Assembly (NCBI GenBank): GCA_977030845.1
Contig: OZ365112.1
Coordinates: forward strand, 15,624,001-15,688,000
Reading direction: 5' to 3'
From: Fimbriosthenelais zetlandica
Lineage: Eukaryota
Length of the DNA stretch: 64,000 nt
This document shows, one piece after another, positions 51,501 to 64,000 of the stretch. The notes below the pieces were generated by a model. The model made no database searches and was not told the DNA's origin. It worked only from the letters and a program-made list of their open reading frames with translations. The position numbers and the translations under genes are program-made. The stretch's first letter is position 1. Every line of letters starts with the position of its first letter.

Positions 51501-52328
51501 GGGGGACAGTAGACCAGGGAGAGAGAAGAGGAGATAGACAAGGGAAGAGTACGAAAGGAGTTGATGTAGGTTGTAGAGTGGGGGATATATGTTGAGATTT
51601 TCCAGCAGTCACATGGAGTCTGTTGAGTATAGTTGAGACTTTAATAACTCGTGTTTTACTTGCAGGTAGCTGACTGGAGCGGGAGGAGTGGTGTGGAGGT
51701 GGCGGCGTCTACAGCGGTATAGATGTAGCCTACCAGTGATGGTAGGCAGTGTGTGGACGAGTAAAGATCCAAACAGAAAATTACACTTTACATTTACCAA
51801 GGCAAAAGAACTGCAAGAGGACATCGAGAGACATCTTCGATGATCTACGACGACTTCAGAAAAGACTTGCAGACAGAAAAGTTGCAGAACAGTCGCACAA
51901 GTCTTCACACCTGGAGCACATGGATGTAAGAACAGGAGGAGAAAGAGAAGAACTTGGAAAGAATTTTGGGGTTGATAGCTGACTCTTCAACAACCTCGCA
52001 GCCCCTTTCCAACTCTGAAGAGGTGCTTCAAGTGTGTTTAGTGGAAGCTGAAACGCCCTAAGATCCCGACATTTTTTTATCAGGGTGGTCCTTGGAGACC
52101 TTATCTAAAAACCATCATCAGCAGCCTAACACTGCAATGTCTGCTGGATATAATGCACATCAGTTAAAAACGCAAAGATTTATGTTGAACCAATTGTGAG
52201 CATTTGTGCATCCCAAGGCACTTCACCGTCCTGTTCACGTGGAGTACGCTGGAGAAAAAGGAGCGTTTGACATTGGAAAAAAGGACTTTCTAATGTAAAT
52301 GAGGGTGTATTATCGATCATCAGTGACA

Positions 52329-52425
52329 ATGGAGAAATCACTCGGCTCCATTATTAAGCCTATCAGATGTACATCTCTGCTTGCCATTGTGATTTGTCTC
52401 CTCTCATCCGTCCATGCTGCCAATC
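52329..52425 (+). CDS. First coding exon of an unidentified secreted or membrane protein (signal peptide)
   Basis: Strong Kozak gacaATGG. Encodes MEKSLGSIIKPIRCTSLLAIVICLLSSVHAAN, with a basic n-region, hydrophobic h-region and V-H-A cleavage motif. Ends at a perfect gtaagt donor in phase 1. Confidence 0.55.
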
Positions 52426-53824
52426 GTAAGTAGACCCACTTTAATACGCTTACAGTCAATAACCATTAATTAAAAACTTTCGTTCTACTTTTCCAGGTCA
52501 TATTCCTATTCATGTTCAGGTCCCTTTAATTTACCCATAACCTTTATACGAGCTGACAACGTGAAAATGATAACTTTTTGGGAGGTCTGGGTTGTCTCTT
52601 TTTATGGAGTGAAATATACACTCATAGGGGATGCTTACGGAAGGGGAGGGCATGTCCTTTTTATGCCCATTTACTGGTCATCAAAAGAGGGTAGGTGCTC
52701 CTACTGAGAGAGGTCAACCTAGCATACATCACTGCCTCTCCCCTACAGCAGGAGGGGTGCCTGCAGCTGGGGCATATCCTCGACTGTAAGAAATCGGCCA
52801 GAAAATTCCCTTCCCCCTCTTCATCCGAGCGAAAAGGGACTGAGGGAAATTAGCTCCATATCCATGGTGTAGTCTATTCCCCCCTGTCTCCCTATACACA
52901 AAGAGTATACCTCCCTCGGGACCATAACCCAAAACCCACAGCCATTCTGCGGTCTTCAGATAATACACAGACATGTATTTCTCCTGATGTTAATGTTTCT
53001 GTTCTAGGAAGGATATATAACTCAAGGCTATTTACTACATGTCCAATATTGACATGTACGCCCCGAATTGCTGTTGTCTGTAATAAATTAAATGACACAG
53101 CCATTGAAAGAGTACTTGGGTTCATTGCCTCAGGCTATGTTAATGGGGTCGTTGACATTTCATTTCTTGAAAGACAGTGACTTAGCTATATATATTATTA
53201 TGGTTATACGCTCTTTTTACACTAGTAAAATCAACACTGGAAATCATTAGAATTCTTATGATTCACTTGGATTATAGGGAATTGTGATTGGTAATCAACA
53301 GGGTAGTCTATCCCCAAACTATGATTATCATTAATTTTATGACATGAGTTTCTATGATATCTTAGGATATAACACCAACTTCATTGAATATGGCAGGACT
53401 GTTTATAGAATCATGATATTCTGAAAATGAGTTACCAGTTTGGAGCTTTAAATATCCTCTATATCTGATTCACCATTACGATTATTCGTTTACAGTTCAA
53501 TTGACAGGAAATGGGAGGATCTCCCTACATTGACTGTGATATCATATTTCGATCTCCTATAGGTCTTCCTTTGAATATAATTTCCGCTCCAAGTATGCTT
53601 AATTCTCGACAATATAGACTGTAATTTCTATCAAAACCTGAGTTGCTAAATTTAGAAGGTTGGATATTTTCACAATGGCAATCCCATGCAAATGAAACTG
53701 GACTACTACATTGGTAAATACTACATACTAGGCCTACAAATGACGTAGTTTGAAATTCCGATCATTATCTAACATTGGAGAGGGGAGTTGGTAAAACGAT
53801 AGTAAAAAACCGAGTGGGACTTAC

Positions 53825-54020
53825 TTGGTTCGTGGTACATGATCTTCCTTTAGTCGTCCATGACCTTCCCGTTCTCAGGACTGAGGCGAGACTTGGCGTG
53901 CGACGTTCATGGTGACGTCAATTCCCGCCTCTCGCGGAACGTCTCATGGGAAACGAGATGCAGCGGGAGAAGTAGGGGGAAATGTAACTTTCAGTTTAAT
54001 TGGGTGCTTCCGGTCCTTTT
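53825..54020 (-). promoter_or_regulatory. CpG-rich promoter/enhancer-like patch with a possible antisense first exon
   Basis: CRE tgacgtca (53913-53920), E2F-like ttcccgcc (53922) and ETS cttccggt (54007) in high local CpG density. Minus-strand donor CAA|gtaagt at 53824. Confidence 0.4.
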
Positions 54021-56589
54021 GAAAGTCGATTCCTGGCCCTGTCAAGCTGAGCTCTTTTGGGTCAAAAGATTTGGATGTGTGCCATAACTAGTAACCTCAT
54101 GTGTGGCTACTTGGTTTTGGTCATTTATCGTTGCTTATATGGTGGTATATCATTCTTTCCCCACTGTTAAAGAAGCCAAATCGTCTATGTGTCTTGGTGT
54201 GGATCCAAGGATATGCGTTACAATTGGCAGTGCTTCTCGGATTGCCACGAGCAATGTGCATAATAATTATCTCTCTTCTTGTTTCTACCTGTCAATTCCA
54301 CTCCCCTCCATGACCCGTCACTTAAAATCTAATAGGAGTTTTACACTCTGTATGTAGTATAAGTATTCCTACAAAACTGATGTGTTTTTAAGAGCTCCAA
54401 ACTTTGATATGGAGAGACCCATGTTTTCTTAAACCATGGAATGATTAATTCTTGATTTATAGAATTATATGGATTATATTTTATACGACGGCTATTTGTT
54501 CCTCTATTTGCCCTTCGTTTGTCCAGTATGCGTGTTGAATTCGGACCACTGGCTTTGCACCTTTCATCCAAGTCCTTCCTGTGTAGGAAAACCCCAAGCA
54601 GATCACGGTAATTGATTGCTGGGTTTGTTGCCTCCAAATCTGCTTATGAAAACCAGAATTTCTCCCTCACAGTACTGACTTAGCGAAGACACACTGAACT
54701 CGTGTGTTGCGCTTCGGCAAACGGGACTGTTTTTGATTATCTACAGAGGGAGTCTGGCTCAACATAATGTACAATAAATGGCCTTGCTTTTGACAGTTTG
54801 CCTTGGTCATGGCATGATCTACACCTCAAATAATTCACCAAATAAGATCTACTGAGATTATAGCTGAGAAATAGAAACTCAGTCCTCAGCCTCTTGATGT
54901 GGGCCCTGTACACAGGCGGTGCCCCTAAGCTGGCAATTGGCAGAGTTGATAGAAGTTACATGCAAAAAATGGAGCCTGGGAAAAACTCGTCACTTTTTAT
55001 CAATTGCAACCTCTTATCCAGACTACAGCGATAAAAGGGAATGTAGCTTTAGAGAAGCGTGATCCGTTTTTTACAGTGTTGATTTAGAAAATTGCAATTC
55101 TTTTGACAATGCTAGGATCCGTATGGCAAATAAAAACAGGGGGTGGATCTAAAGTTAGTTTAGGTGGGACGTGCCCTGCTTAAGCTGCTCTCGACTGGGA
55201 TTAGACCCATGGACAAGAGCGATATTTCAATTAGATAAGTATACCTCACATATCTGGACCGAGATTCATGTCAGTGATTGAGTGAATATCTTGAACACAT
55301 GAAGTTGTCATTATTTACACCCTAATTGTGTTCCGGTCTTTGAAAATATGCATGATTGTCATTATAAACTCGCATTGGACTCGTATATTTATCATATTCA
55401 CTTTGAACTTCCCATCCTGTAACCAAGGAAAAGATATGAATCTCAGTAATATGTCTCATTTACAGGCTTATCTTACCAACTTATGTTTGGAATAAAGGCC
55501 TACCTGTGTGCATCTAAATACGATAGTTATAGATTTATATGATATTGCACAACTCATAGCTGATATTTATCAGGCATACGGTATAATGAATGGTTTATGA
55601 CACCATATAGCACACATTGGTCCATTATCCAATGTGTAGCTGTAGGCCACGTTAAGTGATAGGCTGAAGACTAGAGGGAACCTGATCCCAACCTCTCTGC
55701 AAGGAGCATCAGAGAAATGTGCACACGGACAGGAAGTTACGACAGAAGAAATGAAGACAGACTGGTGCTGATAGCCACTATCTCAGAGGCTAGCGATTTT
55801 AACTCGTAACTGTCTGGTCCTACCCAGCATGAACTTGAGAGAATCTAGACCACGGTCAAAGACAGTGTTGATAGGAAGCTGTTTCTTTGGATATCTTTCA
55901 GCTAAATTTATTTGCTGAACTAGTTACTGGTTACTTTAAAATGTGCTTTGTGTATCATCACTGAAGGCTTCATTTTGTTTCACCCAAAGTCTTTTAATAA
56001 CTGGATTACAGAACACGGTAAAACTAGGTGAATTTTAACCTGGAAAATGTTCTTTACTTTTAAATCCACTGTTTAAGTTGAAAATGGTTAGCCGGGTCCG
56101 TGCAGCAGTGCATGGTTGTGCCTACTTATTTCAATAGATAAAATCATTCACCTTTAACAGACTATTTCCTTACATCTACTGCACATTTATTTATGTGTAC
56201 CTCCCAACACATTTACCTCAAATAAAACATCCAATGACGTTTGGCATATGGCTCGACTCTGTCGGAGGTATTTGATAACAACAAGGCCTTTGATCCTCAC
56301 TTGTTCCTTTTGTCTAAGAAAGCACTCGCGTCTGTGTGCTATGAGCCATAATTTCTAACATATATACTATTACAAGTCTCTGGAGTAGTCTCTCAAGTTT
56401 CTCTTTATGTCCCCAAAACGTTTTCCTGCTTTTTAAATGCTTGTCTGATATATTCAACCCCCATTATAAAGCAATGTTCAAGTTTGTTAAAGTTTTCTGT
56501 AAATTTGGTCGATTCTAATGTACTTCTCTTGGAAAGCTGATATATAGAATAATCATAAAAATATCCTCGTATAACGAGCCCTAATCACT

Positions 56590-57790
56590 GAAAATCGAAG
56601 CATATGGAAGTATTCTTTTTGTCCGTTCATCGTTACCACTGGGCGTTCTGAACATGAAACCGCTAATGGGAATACCTCAAGGCTCGTCGCTGACACCAAT
56701 GATATATCTATATGTGAATGCCACCCCAGTCCATAACCAAATGGGATAATGGTATGAAATACTCGAGGAGATCCAACATCCAAATCGCGGGGATATCTGA
56801 GTGATATTTGGCACCTCCCGCTGGTTTTGATTTTATCTGTGGAACTCCCATCCGTAAACACCAAGCTGGTGTACATGAGGCTGAATTTGCCATATTGAAG
56901 TCCGTCGTCAGATGTACCAAGGCTGGGGTGAGGAGGCAGGCGAGGATTGATGAGTTGTAGGGCATGGGTGAAGCGTTCTGGTGGCTGGAGTGGGTAAATG
57001 TTTACCCTATCTATTGCTGTCTGCTTGACATTAGGCTTGCTTTCATAGACAGAGACAGGCATTGAAGAAGTCCAGCTTCTTCGAGATTTAAGATCCTAAA
57101 ACACATAGAGATTACCACAGCGATTACGAAGAAACCGCTGTGCAGAAGTTAAAAAAACTGGCAAAGTCAAACGAATGAATGGATAATGGGAAATGTTCTG
57201 AGAAGAAAAATTCTGACTTTTGTAAATAGAAACACATCGGCATGGTATGGCTTTACCTTTTGCGGTCTCTCTTGATCCTCTATGGCTTTTATCCATGTAC
57301 TTGACAATGTATGTAGTTTTGATATCTGACATTGAAGTATTGGAACATGTTTTCTTATGAGCAGCCCTTGACTGTAAAGTGATACATGTAAAACAAACTC
57401 TCATTAAAGTGCAGTTTTTGAGAATTTATAACACTGCCTCCACATTACCTCCCCTTGTATTAGCACGGGAAATCAAGATAGATTGTGATGCTTTGAAGGG
57501 GCATAAACTCGAAGAGTATCTTCTTACATTGAGTCATTTTTCCTGGTCACAGTTCAGATCATATCATTCCCGTGCCCTGTAATCTTGCTAGCTGCTTTGT
57601 CTCGCACCTAATCATTATTGGTCAATGCTCTAAGGCAGTTGGAAAAAGGCTTTATAAGGGCTATAATATATACAAACACCAAGTGCCCTCATCTGCGTGG
57701 TCTGTTGGTAGAAAAGCTAAGCGTCGACTTAAGGTATGTCTTCACCCTGTATCCCCTCAATACAAAGACAGAGACACCCAGCAACCTGTG
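56590..57790 (+). mobile_element. Decayed LINE (CR1/L2/Crack-like) reverse transcriptase and C-terminal region
   Basis: Ordered motifs with frameshifts and stops: KIEAYG..GIPQGSSLTPMIYLYVN (~56590-56720), MRLNLP, HVFL*AALDCKVIHVKQTLIKVQFLR..LPPLVL..LEEY..W (57346-57560), LRQLEKGFIRAI..LLVEKLSVDLRYVFTLY (57630-57760). Confidence 0.65.
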
Positions 57791-60700
57791 GAAAGAAGAC
57801 ACCTCGCTTCTTTTCAAACAGGATTTGTATGCAAGGGATGAGAAGTACGGCCAGGGGGAAGAGGAGGAGTGGAAGTGTATGTGGTGGGTGGTAGAAGGCC
57901 TGTTCTAGGGTATACTTTTACCAAATACAAGTCCCTAACGAGTGTACAGTCTCATGACTTAATGTCAGGAACATTTGCAGATTCGACAGAGCATTTTATT
58001 TCGCCAATGCTGTATCATACCAAACAAGTTGAAATGCTTGGTTAGACATAGGGCAGACCGCCCCCTTTTTTCGCCTGTGCTTGTTGGCCCTGCTTGGCCT
58101 AGTTAGGGGGAAAAGTGCTTGAGGGTAAAATGACATTTTAACTTTGTTTCTCAGATGTCTGTTTGTTCTAAGGGACCATAGCCAACACGTATATCATTTG
58201 GTCAGTGGGTGCCCCATGGTGCCAATGTTGCCCATGTTTCCTTTTAAATATTTACTCCAAACAAAAGGTCATTGATTATCGGTCACAGAAAAACACAATA
58301 CAATCAATGCCACTCCCACTACAATTTCATTTATGAACTTCAATGTTCCAGATGAAAGCTGTACTTCACCATTTTAAAATAGACATGTCTATTTTCCAGG
58401 CCAGCGATTCCTTTTGAATTATTCAGAACTTGAAGAAACAACATTCCACTCAAAATTACCATACAGCAAGAACATTTTCCCATACCACATCCCGTCTGGT
58501 ACACATACGAAATCAGTACTTGTAAAATATACAACCGACATAGATCCCCCAGCCACAGGTGTGGAAGGTAAATTACCCTTCAATGCCTTCACTCGTTAGA
58601 GGGTTATTGAGAAAAACCCCAAAATAACCTCAAAATTAGAGGTAGGGTGGGGTAGAATTCTCAGCAATGGTCCCCTGGCCCTCGTAATCACACAAAGGAT
58701 GAGTGTCAACTGTCATAGTATAGGGTGTAGATCAGACTTAATTCCACACACCTGGGCTGGGAAGTAAGGGTGAATAGTAAGGAATACACCCATCCATACC
58801 CTCCAGATTTTCTGCTGAAAGGATTTGGAAAAAATTATGATTTATCAGTGAAGTTGTTGTAAACCGTGACTGAGGTGAAAAGGCTTTGAAGTTTAAAGTA
58901 TGTTTATCAAGAATACACAACAGGCGTCGGTGTTATAAATCGTGCATTCATTCTGTACATGAAACATCAAAATGAATTGTTGCCAACATTTATTGACTTC
59001 TAAAGACTCCCTATCCAGGCTAATGCAAAGATTGGCGGCCTATACAAATTGCGAGAAAGACATTATAATGATTCTACATATAACCGGATGATGCATCTAG
59101 TGGGAATGGCGATAAAATGTGATAAATGATAAAGGAGGAATCTCATGACTTTATGCACGTAACTTGAGTTTTATCTGCTCAAGCCAGGGTCAGAGATAAG
59201 ATGCAGGTATATACCCATGTCAGAGCTTTAACACGCGGTTCATATCACCCTCAGGCCCTGACACATAGTACCCCCAACCAAAGTATTTTTAGTGTTTTGA
59301 ATAAAGGTCATTGGTACAAGGAAACGATCATAATATAGTCCAAGCAAAATCACCGTCAGAAATAAGAATATTATGAACTACGAAGGTATATTATATTTCT
59401 GAGTTTGTTTGATGCCACATGTAAAACTCCAATGGATCTGTGATATTAGACATATGATATTGGAAATGCTTTTGCTCGCCTTTGACTCTAATTGGATCCA
59501 TACGTGGTCCTTGCCTATCTCTTTATGGCCAGTCTTATTTTTTTCCTCTGGCTCTTTAACTGTTTCCTGTGGAGCTCCCTTCAGGGAAAGCTCATTTTTC
59601 CTTCAAAGCCAGATATGGTTGTCAGTTTAGATATACATTCTCTTTGCTCAATCTTTATTTAATAAACAAACTGAGGTCAAATTGCCCAGTTCATATTGGC
59701 ACAATCAGCACTTGGTAGCTGGGTATAACAGTGTCACTGTCACGCATTGCTGCTGTTATGGCAGTGAGGAGTCAGCTTTATCACCGTATAATGACAGAGA
59801 GTCAATATTGCTATCTCCCACCTAGCAGGCCCAGCAAGTAGCCGTTAATTGTCAAGCTCATTTTAGATCTATCAAAGCTAGATTCTCTTATCAGACTGAC
59901 ATGCACTAGAGGATTCTTGACTCTCAATCTTATCGTTCGTCGTGCTTCAGTTCACTGCCACTCCGATAAGATAGAGTGAAATGCAGGGCTGGGGATATAT
60001 ATGTAGGTAAAGGGGCTGAGTTGTGACCTCGTAATTTGGTTGAAATGTTGCCAGGCAGGTGTTCAGATATTTCCTGTATCTATTTACATTGGCCCTTTAT
60101 GAATGGTGTAGAAAAGACCAGACGATGTACATCCACTATTGAAGACTCCTTTGGTGTTTCTTGCATTGCTCTCCACCCCTCTACTTCCCACCCCATACAT
60201 TTACTGCACTCTACACAATGGGTACAAGTAAATGGACTCAGTCTATATGGATTTGTGGAAAATCAGATAGCGGTCACAGTATATGCCCTTCGTGCTAAAG
60301 CTCACAAGGCCCTGTATATTCTGAAAGGCCCATATGTTTATTTTTGAACAGAAAGGTCATCTCTCCTGAAAAGGCCATGATGTTATCGCTTTACGGGGGA
60401 GGAGGAGGCTGCACTGAAATGACCAGGCTTGTTGGGCTGCAAAAGACCAACCAACCATAGCACACAATAGATGAATGTACGCCACAGTAGATATACTGGA
60501 ACTTCATAGTCCATTGTCAATCAACCAACAATGCATGCACTGGTTACTTCCCTCCCCTAGGGTATATACCACCTATGGATGTGCCCTATACAAAACATTT
60601 CCCCATGCGAATTGACCCTGGGGTTTACAAGCTTTTATCCTTTTAGACAATGGAAACATGCTTGCGTGAAATACCTTTATTGTCTACGACAAATCACAAC

Positions 60701-63700
60701 CTAATCATGTCAATATGGAGGTGACTGGACCATCTTAATGGGACAAGTCTATTCAATTCAACTTTACCAAACATTTCCTGCAAGTACACGATCCGACAGT
60801 TTTAATTCGCAGGGATTGTCTAATATCTACTCCTAATCCACACTCCCTAACATATGTGTTTAGCCATCCCATAATCCTCCTTTACACATTAATGTTCACT
60901 GTTAGTATTAACATAGGCTTATTTTAGCCTGAATGTGAAAGGAATTAAGTCCCACCAATCCTGATTTGATGATATCATCTAATACCAACAAAGCATTATA
61001 ATGTGCTCGGTCTGGATCCTGTCACAATGCCTATTTTGAGATGCACGAGCATTTACTGTTAAAGTGGCAGCAATGTGCTTTTATTGGTTCTCTCTCAGCC
61101 TAGTGTGTTATCATTAGAGCTAAGCTGTCTCCATAAAACAAGAATCACTGTGGTTTTGTTGACCTCTTACCTCATTAGACCATTGTTAACGAACATTACA
61201 GCAATGTGACAATGTACTGACATGGCTGTTGGCTATCATCTCTAAGCTTTTATTATCTGTTTTTTCGGCTTTGGTTCCTGCTTCAGGGGGTCCTAAAATA
61301 AACGAGACTCCGTCTGAGAACCCAAACTAACAAATTTGTTTACTAGTTACATGGCTTGAGGAATGACTTTAGGAAGTAATTTTAAAACTTAATTACAACG
61401 AGAATTGATTTTGTTGGTTTATACACGACATATTTTCGAATAAATCCTTTTCGTCGTGTATTTACTGTCCCTTATCTTTCCAGTATAATATTTCATCCAT
61501 TTAAAGTGCCTCAAGAAAAATTCCAATTTTAAAATTGAATTGAAAACTGGTCCATTCCAAAACAGGTATTCAATCTGTCTGGAATGAAATGATCTGGTTT
61601 GGTTCCTTATGGTTTTCTACTTTTTCTTAGTCATGGAAATCTCCTCAGAAGATCTTTCCTGTCCCGAGGTTCATTTTAGGAGCATCTTCTCGAGGTTTAT
61701 TATCTGCCTTGCCTATCAACTCACTCACAAACTGTGTGCATAAAGTACAGAACAGATGTTAGTTAGAATTAATCCCACCTTCTCCTGGGTTCAATTACAT
61801 TTACATTCAGGGTGGCAGAACCAACTGTTGCAAGTCAGAATGAGAAGAATCAATATTCAGAGTAAACCAATTATTCTTCCTTTACCCTCTACCACCTTCA
61901 TCCGCAGATAAACTTTCCACACTTAAACTGTTTTTACCTACAGTGTTTTAGACAGGTAATCTGCCTCTCTCTTCCCGTCTCACATAGAGAGGCTATCCTC
62001 ATTTTTTCCACCTCTGTTGATGTACAACGCCCACACTCGAGTGTATAATTCACAACTTGTCAAAAGCCTCTTATCGCTTTCTGATAGGCATTGTATTTTG
62101 TGTGTTTTTTCTTGTCAGTTTTGCAGGCAGACTCTTGTTTATTTTCGGGGGTGCAGTAGGCACGCTCCGAGCTGCTCTGTAAACGGGCTATCGCTCGTTC
62201 TGGCTTGGATTACTGCTCGATTCCTCCCTGAACCCCAGGTGTGTTGAGATTTGCTGCTCACACATACATGCATGCTTCATATTGCCTGAACAAGGCCCAC
62301 AGGTACAATCGCCTTTCACCAACCACAATGGTATACATTAAACCCTTTGATGCTAATACTACTAGTTACAGCATCAACTTACTTAATTGTAAATATGCCT
62401 ATATAGGTGTATCTGTTTAAAAATGTTCCTTTTGTATACCGAATAAAAAGGGTTGTTCTCCAGCCATTGGCACTTGCTGTCAGGTTCAGTTCCCAAGTTA
62501 CATGTCTAAAGAGGCATGACGTGTGTGATGTTTTAGACTTGCCCCCCTAGTGGGTGGAGCAAGTATTAGAGGAAGAGGGCAGGAGGCCTGAAAACACAAC
62601 CCCTGCCAATACATTGTTTACATTGGCTGGGAGAAGTGTGTATTGTTGTAGATTTACATCTTTATCACATCTTGCCCCGCTAGGCTGATGGAATTCACAT
62701 TGAGGATAGATACATTTACTCTCTTCCTCCCTTGCCCTATACAAGAGTTAGCTTATCATGTTCTCCAGTTGAAGTTGTGGGGTCGCTGGCCCCTGGACTG
62801 ATAGACATCTGTGGTAACTTGTCCCGCCCAGATTCCTACATGTTTGATCCACATACTAGGTTGTATATACATGCATATATCTTTTGTCTTTTCTGTTTTA
62901 CCCTTTGAATTATATGTAAGATCATATTCACTTGTGTATATACATGTACAATGGTCACTTATATAATCTATTACCACAGGGGATTTAGTATATAATATAT
63001 CCAACAAAAGAGATTGTGATAATATGTCTTATTCATGTTTGGATACTATTATGAATTATGCAGTAGTTTCTTTTACAATTGTACTGAGCCACATATTGTT
63101 TTTGGTCCATATTTTGCACATCAGTTGGTATGAGAGACAACAGTCTGAAAGCCAACAAGTGAAGATGTATTGCCTTCAAAGACGCCACATGGCATTCATT
63201 TGAATATATCAAACATGCGGTGAACAAAAGAGAAACCATCCTGTACTTCCACTGGATAGAACTGAGGATAATCTGCATGCATGTCACTTAATACACTTGG
63301 CTTGGCACTCGCCTATTGTTTTTACCATTAATTTTGTTCCAACACCTTGCACAAAGCAAGACAGGGCCAGATCTGTCGCTATCTTCATGTTGAAGCTGAT
63401 GGATAGACATCCCCCTATTAAAACTGACCATTGTTTGAGGCGTTGACAATAGGCATGGTACAAGGCGTTAACTGGTATAGAAGAACATGGTTTATGGACA
63501 TTAAATGTGGACATACTGGGCGTGTGCTCTAACGGGGCTTTGGTCACTCAATCTGAAAATAACAAGTAATTTTTGGCTCTGTAGAGAGTTTATCGCTCAC
63601 TCCCAGAGGTAACAAAATTTGAACAAGCCTGACCTCTTTGACAGATCATTGGATGATTGTCCTCTGAACGAATACCAAATGGTGAGCATTTATATATTAG

Positions 63701-64000
63701 CATGTGCTATTACAGAACGTGCCCTGACATAATTCCCCAAATAAGAACTGATCACAGATCAGAGATATATTCCTCATGTCCGCAAGTAGAGAACCACTTC
63801 TTTGAGCTAATGAATGCCTCGAGGGCTCCCATAGTCTGTGATCTTGTATACATTATTCAAAATACATTCATGGTGAAAAAAGACAAGGGCTGTTGGCCGC
63901 TAAGATGTCAATTCTTCTTGAATAGTGCCAACTACATTGTCCATCCCTTCTTCTTCACCTGTTGTATGTATAGCCAGCCTCTTTCATTAGGCCCGTCCTT

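Noticed and set aside
51666-51982. Purine-rich plus-strand segment after a strong acceptor as a coding exon
   Set aside because: All three frames contain stops near the acceptor. It could be UTR or lncRNA but cannot be supported.
52015-52070. CTGAAGAG...GAAAC hammerhead core
   Set aside because: No stem III/UH triplet and no stem I partner downstream.
54660-54730. HDV-like ribozyme (hairpin 54684-54716 followed by GCAAAC-GGGAC)
   Set aside because: P2 would have only 4 bp, and no P1 or P1.1 pairing can be built.
56553-57062. 169-aa minus ORF as an F5/8-type C or RNase H domain
   Set aside because: RARYTRI and FTDGS are isolated motifs in the wrong context, and the opposite strand carries multiple ordered LINE RT motifs.
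1-64000. tRNA, rRNA, CRISPR arrays, telomeric arrays, intact transposase or RT ORFs
   Set aside because: None seen: no cloverleaf with T-loop consensus, no spaced repeat arrays, and no long intact ORFs.

Overview
Eukaryotic (animal) genomic DNA, roughly 40% GC by eye. It is probably a marine invertebrate; the protein sequence and intron style suggest an echinoderm-like deuterostome, but I cannot fix the species. The only securely identified gene is the 3' part of STPG2 (sperm-tail PG-rich repeat protein 2) on the + strand. It has four phase-compatible exons (4962-5215, 17502-17685, 31535-31650, 41330-41461) separated by 12.3, 13.8 and 9.7 kb introns; the earlier exons lie left of the window. 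Almost all ORF-track entries are chance ORFs. The introns and the downstream 22 kb hold degenerate microsatellites, old retroelement debris (LINE RT and Gypsy/ERV-like pol motifs), and many short CpG-rich patches with clustered transcription-factor-like motifs. The most interesting leads are missed by the ORF track: (i) a spliced-looking 8-Cys EGF-like exon 1.3 kb after the STPG2 stop, (ii) a signal-peptide first exon at 52329-52425 of an unidentified secreted protein, (iii) retrovirus-style RNase H/integrase and RT relics, and (iv) a possible alternative STPG2 C-terminal exon. I see no tRNA, rRNA, CRISPR array or intact mobile element, and I cannot demonstrate a complete novel system from sequence alone. 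All motif matches to decayed elements were made by eye and are prone to over-reading.
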